Assembly (NCBI GenBank): GCA_001871415.1
Contig: MNWW01000006.1
Location: 1 to 55,134 of the forward strand
Direction: 5' to 3'
Origin: Candidatus Woesearchaeota archaeon CG1_02_57_44
GTDB lineage: Archaea; Nanobdellota; Nanobdellia; Woesearchaeales; CG1-02-57-44
DNA: 55,134 nucleotides
The notes below the pieces were generated by a model. That model was given only the letters and a program-made list of their open reading frames with translations, was not told the DNA's origin and ran no database searches. Each line of letters opens with the position of its first letter. Within the stretch, counting starts at the first letter, position 1. This document shows positions 51,271-55,134 of this stretch, one piece after another. A program made the translations under genes and the position numbers.

Positions 51271-52806
51271 ATGAAAGCACTAGTAGCAGAACCCATACAC
51301 AACGCCGCCATCCAGGCCCTCAAAGGACTTGGACTCTCAGTAGAAGTATCGCTGGGCCTGAGCCGCGACGCCCTTTGTTCTGCCCTGGGATCTGGTGCTA
51401 TCGACGTGCTCATCATCCGCACCAAGGTACAGGCGGACAGGGAATTGCTCAACTGCTGGAAGGGCACGCAACGGCTGCTCTGCCGCGCGGGCATCGGCGT
51501 CGATAACATCAACCTTGATGCGGCGACCGCGCTTGGCATCGCGGTCATCAACACGGCTGAGGCGAGCACCCAGAGCGTCGCGGAGCTGGCAATCGGGCTC
51601 ATGATCGCTGCTGCGCGCAATGTGGCCTCGCAGGACAGAGCCATCAGGATCGGGGCCTGGAAGCGTCAGGAAGGTATGGAGCTCTCGGGCAAGACGCTGG
51701 GCATCATCGGGCTTGGCAGGATAGGCTCGCGGGTGGCGATGCTCGGCAAGGCGCTGGGGATGCATGTTGTCGCGCACGACCCGTACATCAGGGATGATCG
51801 CTTCGCGGAATTCGGTGCAGAGAAATCGACGCTCGAGGACACATTGGGACGGGCCGATGTCGTATCGTTGCACACGCCGCTCACGCCAGAGACCGAACGC
51901 ATGATGAACAAGGCACGGCTGGGCATAATGAAGCAAGGCAGCATCCTGATCAACACGGCGCGCGGGCCCATGGTGGATGACGAAGCGCTCTGCGACGCGC
52001 TGGACTCGGGGCATCTCGCGGGAGCCGCGCTCGATGTGTTCCCCGAAGAGCCGTACAAAGGTCGGCTGCTCAGTAATGAGAGCGTCATCATGACGCCTCA
52101 TATCGGCGGCAGCACATCAGAGTCGCTCGAGCGCATCGGGATGCGCCTTGTCGAGCAGATAGCAGAATTCCTGCGCGCCGGACACACCAGCGCGCTGAAC
52201 GCACCCCTTGTGCCCACAGGTGCCGAAGACCTGGTGGTGCTCGCGCGCGCGCTTGGTAGACTGTGTGCGCAGCTTGATGGGCCTTTGCATCGCATCACCG
52301 TGCAGGCATCGGCGCATGGCAGGGTGCTGACGCACGCCGCAGTGCAGGGCGCACTTTCCGTGCATCAGGAAGGAATCAACCTGGTCAACGCATTGGCCCA
52401 GGCGCAGCAGCGCGGTATCAGCGTGCTGACCGGGCAGACAGAACCTGCTGACAAGCAACAACCGGGCGAGCTGCAGGTGATGGTCAATGAGACCCTAGCG
52501 GCCGGCAGCGTACAAGGAGGCATGCGGATAACCCGCATCGGCGAGCATACGCGCCTGGACTTCGCGCCGCAGGGCAGCATCCTGCTCCTCTGGTATGACG
52601 ATGTCCCTGGCGTCATCGGCGCGGTCGGAACGCACCTTGGCAAGGCGGACATCAACATCAAGCGCATGGTGGTCTCGGATGTCGCTGACGGCAACGCGCT
52701 GATGGCGCTCGCGGTCGGAGACGCGCTGGACGCTGAGGTGATGGAGGGCTTGCGGGAGCGGCTCAAGGAATTCGGACTCTCGCGACTGGCACAGGTGCGG
52801 CTGTGA
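51271..52806 (+). CDS. serA: D-3-phosphoglycerate dehydrogenase with a C-terminal ACT domain
   Basis: GIIGLGRIGSRVA, INTARG, LDVFPEEP, TPHIGGST, and an ACT-like tail. SD AGGTGAT at 51259-51265 precedes ATG 51271. Confidence 0.9.
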   Translation: MKALVAEPIHNAAIQALKGLGLSVEVSLGLSRDALCSALGSGAIDVLIIRTKVQADRELLNCWKGTQRLLCRAGIGVDNINLDAATALGIAVINTAEASTQSVAELAIGLMIAAARNVASQDRAIRIGAWKRQEGMELSGKTLGIIGLGRIGSRVAMLGKALGMHVVAHDPYIRDDRFAEFGAEKSTLEDTLGRADVVSLHTPLTPETERMMNKARLGIMKQGSILINTARGPMVDDEALCDALDSGHLAGAALDVFPEEPYKGRLLSNESVIMTPHIGGSTSESLERIGMRLVEQIAEFLRAGHTSALNAPLVPTGAEDLVVLARALGRLCAQLDGPLHRITVQASAHGRVLTHAAVQGALSVHQEGINLVNALAQAQQRGISVLTGQTEPADKQQPGELQVMVNETLAAGSVQGGMRITRIGEHTRLDFAPQGSILLLWYDDVPGVIGAVGTHLGKADINIKRMVVSDVADGNALMALAVGDALDAEVMEGLRERLKEFGLSRLAQVRL

Positions 52807-52862
52807 CCCGAAAGCCTCCTGCTGCATAAACCATTTATACTGCAGGCAACAGACCCGCGGGC

Positions 52863-53546
52863 ATGAACCCCAAACACACCGCCCCTGCCAAGGCTCCTGC
52901 GCCCCCGCTTCCCGCGTTCCACCCAACAGAGCACTCCTATGTCGAGGCGCTCCTGGAACGCTATCAGGCACTGTACCACTATGCTGACGGCCGGATAGAT
53001 TATTCGCTCTCCGAGAGCGCCCCTGTCGTCACGGTATATGTCAAGTACCATCATCGGCTGCTGACGCTGCTTCGCTCTGACAAAGTAAGCACTTACCAGG
53101 GCAAGTGGAATACGGTCGCGGGCTACATCGACGAAGTCAAGTCAGTGCGCGACTTCGCGCTGCAGGAGCTCTGGGAAGAGACAGGAATCACGGAGCAGCA
53201 GATCCTCGGCATGGGATTCGGTGAGCCCTTCAGTTTCACGGACGATGAAATCAGCAAGACCTGGATTACGCATCCGGTGCTCGTGGAGCTCAAGAGCATG
53301 CCGGTGGTATTGCTGGATTTCGAGCATACGCAACAGCGCTGGGCAAAACCGGAGGAGCTTGCTGCACTTGACGCGGTCCCGAATTTTTCTGTCGGCTTCG
53401 AGAAGCTGATGGTGAGCATCGCGGCCCAGCACGCGAAGGTGATGAACAAGAAACATACTGTCACGGTCCGCGGCGACGCATCACGCGCCCCTGAGCAGAA
53501 AGCAAAGAAACAGAAAAGAAAGAAACAGGCCAACGCCGCTCAGTAG
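52863..53546 (+). CDS. NUDIX hydrolase with a lysine-rich C-terminal tail
   Basis: Nudix box GYIDEVKSVRDFALQELWEETGI. Confidence 0.75.
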   Translation: MNPKHTAPAKAPAPPLPAFHPTEHSYVEALLERYQALYHYADGRIDYSLSESAPVVTVYVKYHHRLLTLLRSDKVSTYQGKWNTVAGYIDEVKSVRDFALQELWEETGITEQQILGMGFGEPFSFTDDEISKTWITHPVLVELKSMPVVLLDFEHTQQRWAKPEELAALDAVPNFSVGFEKLMVSIAAQHAKVMNKKHTVTVRGDASRAPEQKAKKQKRKKQANAAQ

Positions 53547-54191
53547 TTCATCCTCGCGAAGACCCCGGGCTGATAGGAGGCCTTTCCTCTCGCGTCGAAC
53601 CTCACGTCGCAGCTGGGCCCTATCATGCAGTCTTTGCTCAGTTGCAGACCGATTCGAGGACGCAGCTCGGCGAAGTGGAACGTACCGTCGACGCTCACGT
53701 TGGCCAGTACCTCCAGTTCAGCGTGCACATCGCCAAAAACGCCGCGACGCATTGCCCAAGAATTCAAGGTCAGGCCCCCTGCCTTCACGCATGTCGTAGC
53801 TGATCGAGAGGAAGCCACCACCGCCTTCCCAACGGCCTGTCGGCTGGATGCCCAGGCGCGGCACGGTCTCGCCTGTCCCGAGGAACTTGAGGCCCACATA
53901 AGGACGCAGCGGGCTATCGGTAAAATAGCCATGCAGCAGCGTCAGGCCCGCGTCGGTCTGTCCATCGTAGCCGACGCTGCGACGATGCCTCACGAAGAAC
54001 GCGCTCTGATCGTCAAGGGGCTGGTAGTGCTTGATGTCAATCACCGCGCTGGCCTCGCGCGCGTCGACTTCGACGGAACTCGCCTCTGCAGGCACTACAG
54101 CGAGCAGCGCTGCGAGCCCCGAGATGAGCAGCTTGCCCTTCACGCTTCCTGTGGCGGTCCGTATCGGCCTTGCTTGCCCATCATCATTCAT
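53540..54191 (-). pseudogene. Secreted beta-rich protein split by an apparent -1/+1 frameshift at a G5 run
   Basis: ORF 53718-54191 (signal peptide KGKLLISGLAALLAVVPAEA) and ORF 53540-53932 (ends ...VFARMNY) overlap in different frames. They can be joined near the CCCCC run at about 53781-53785. Confidence 0.45.
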
Positions 54192-54214
54192 TGTGTCATC
54201 ACCTGCAAAGAGTA

Positions 54215-54227
54215 ACTACTAAGTAGT
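54215..54227. promoter_or_regulatory. Perfect palindrome ACTACT-A-AGTAGT in the trmB divergent intergenic region (candidate operator)
   Basis: Read directly. It contains TACT and AGTA half-sites. Confidence 0.3.
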
Positions 54228-54301
54228 ATATATTTATCATCACCCCCCTAAGGGGTTGAAAAATCAGAAGGCATAAATAGCTGGACAGCCATCGCATGCC
54301 C

Positions 54302-55045
54302 ATGGACGCATCGTCGCTCGAAGGAATCGGCCTCTCGCGCAACGAGGCCAAGGCATACCTGGGCCTGCTAGGTCTTGGCGAAACCACGGTCACGCCGCTC
54401 GTGCGAGAGGCGGGCGTTCCCAACAGCAAGGTCTATGTCATCCTGGAAAAGCTCATCGCCAAGGGGCTCGCCTCATCGGTGCAGAAGCGCGGCGTGCGCC
54501 ACTATCAGGCCGCGGCACCCGAAGCGATCCTCGAGTTCCTGCAGAAGCGAAAGCAGGAGGTCGCTGAACAGGAGAGCGCCATGCAATCGCTGCTGCCGCA
54601 GCTGCAGGCGCAACAGCACGTCGGCAGGCAATACGCGCGCGTCTATGAGGGCACGCGCGGCGTGAAGGCGGCGTTCAGGCATATGCTGTTCACCATCGGC
54701 CAAGGCGGCAGCTACAAGGTACTCACGCTCGAGCGCGAGCTGGAGAGCGAGCAGGCAATCCAGCTCTTCAAGTGGCTGCATACCGAGCGCAACAAGCAGA
54801 AGACCTGGGCAAACCTCATCGTGCCAGAGAGCATCAGGACACTCTTCAAGCAACACTATAACTACCCGCGCATGCGTGTGCGCCATTCAACAGTGCGGCT
54901 TCCCACAGGCATCTTCATCTTTGGCGAGTCCGTACTGAGCGTGAGCTTCGAGCCGCAGTCCATCGCGTTCCTCATCAACTCAAAAAACCACACCAAGAAC
55001 TACCATCGCTTCTTCGACGACATGTGGAAGCAGGGGAAGACGTAG
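54302..55045 (+). CDS. trmB: TrmB-family transcriptional regulator
   Basis: N-terminal wHTH LEGIGLSRNEAKAYLGLLGLGETTVTPLVREAGVPNSKVYVILEKLIAKGL, a coiled linker and a C-terminal effector-like domain. ATG 54302 is 27 nt downstream of CATAAATAGC. Confidence 0.8.
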   Translation: MDASSLEGIGLSRNEAKAYLGLLGLGETTVTPLVREAGVPNSKVYVILEKLIAKGLASSVQKRGVRHYQAAAPEAILEFLQKRKQEVAEQESAMQSLLPQLQAQQHVGRQYARVYEGTRGVKAAFRHMLFTIGQGGSYKVLTLERELESEQAIQLFKWLHTERNKQKTWANLIVPESIRTLFKQHYNYPRMRVRHSTVRLPTGIFIFGESVLSVSFEPQSIAFLINSKNHTKNYHRFFDDMWKQGKT

Positions 55046-55134
55046 GTCAGTAGCAGTCCCACCATGGACTGATACCTGGCAACATACGCATCGTGGATGA
55101 GCGTACCACGACCCTGCACCTTCGCAATAAGCTT

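Noticed and set aside
55046-55134. Possible 3' end of a minus-strand gene at the right edge
   Set aside because: Only 89 nt are available, which is too short to call.

Overview
GC-rich 55-kb chromosomal segment of an archaeon. Archaeal markers: a uL1-uL10(P0)-P1 operon, a PIN-Rpo7-Spt4-eS24-eS31 cluster, Rpo11, a class I CCA-adding enzyme, tRNA introns with bulge-helix-bulge (BHB) motifs, and TATA boxes centred about 26 nt upstream of mostly leaderless ATGs. A DPANN/Micrarchaeota-like origin is only a guess.

Housekeeping content: galE, rmlBC, a Kef-type antiporter, aconitase plus isocitrate dehydrogenase, pyruvate kinase, serA, a D-2-hydroxyacid dehydrogenase, IMPase, Nudix, FKBP, a PAC2 chaperone, a METTL5-like methylase, NrdR and TrmB.

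Most unusual items:
1. A six-gene operon joined by overlapping stop/start codons. It links MoxR-DUF58-VWA to a sensor-less histidine kinase, a lone receiver and a Walker-A-less KaiC-like protein. It lies next to an RHH-led operon for two giant cadherin-like, Cys-repeat surface proteins.
2. A bacterial ECF sigma-70-like gene embedded among archaeal core transcription genes.
3. A cluster of bacterial-type membrane-lipid and aminoacyl-tRNA enzymes: a stand-alone MprF C-terminal/DUF2156 domain, Lgt and a YbaK/ProX-like deacylase. A PlsC-like acyltransferase lies elsewhere in the window.
4. A tRNA-Ile(UAU) gene with two introns, followed by tRNA-Ser(GGA) and three tRNA-Ser-derived 54-nt minihelix repeats at a 96-bp period.
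5. A 163-bp MITE (miniature inverted-repeat transposable element) present twice, each copy with a perfect 9-bp target-site duplication.
6. A leaderless, Ser-rich 21-codon uORF upstream of serA.

All functional calls come from motif recognition by eye. No database search was run.
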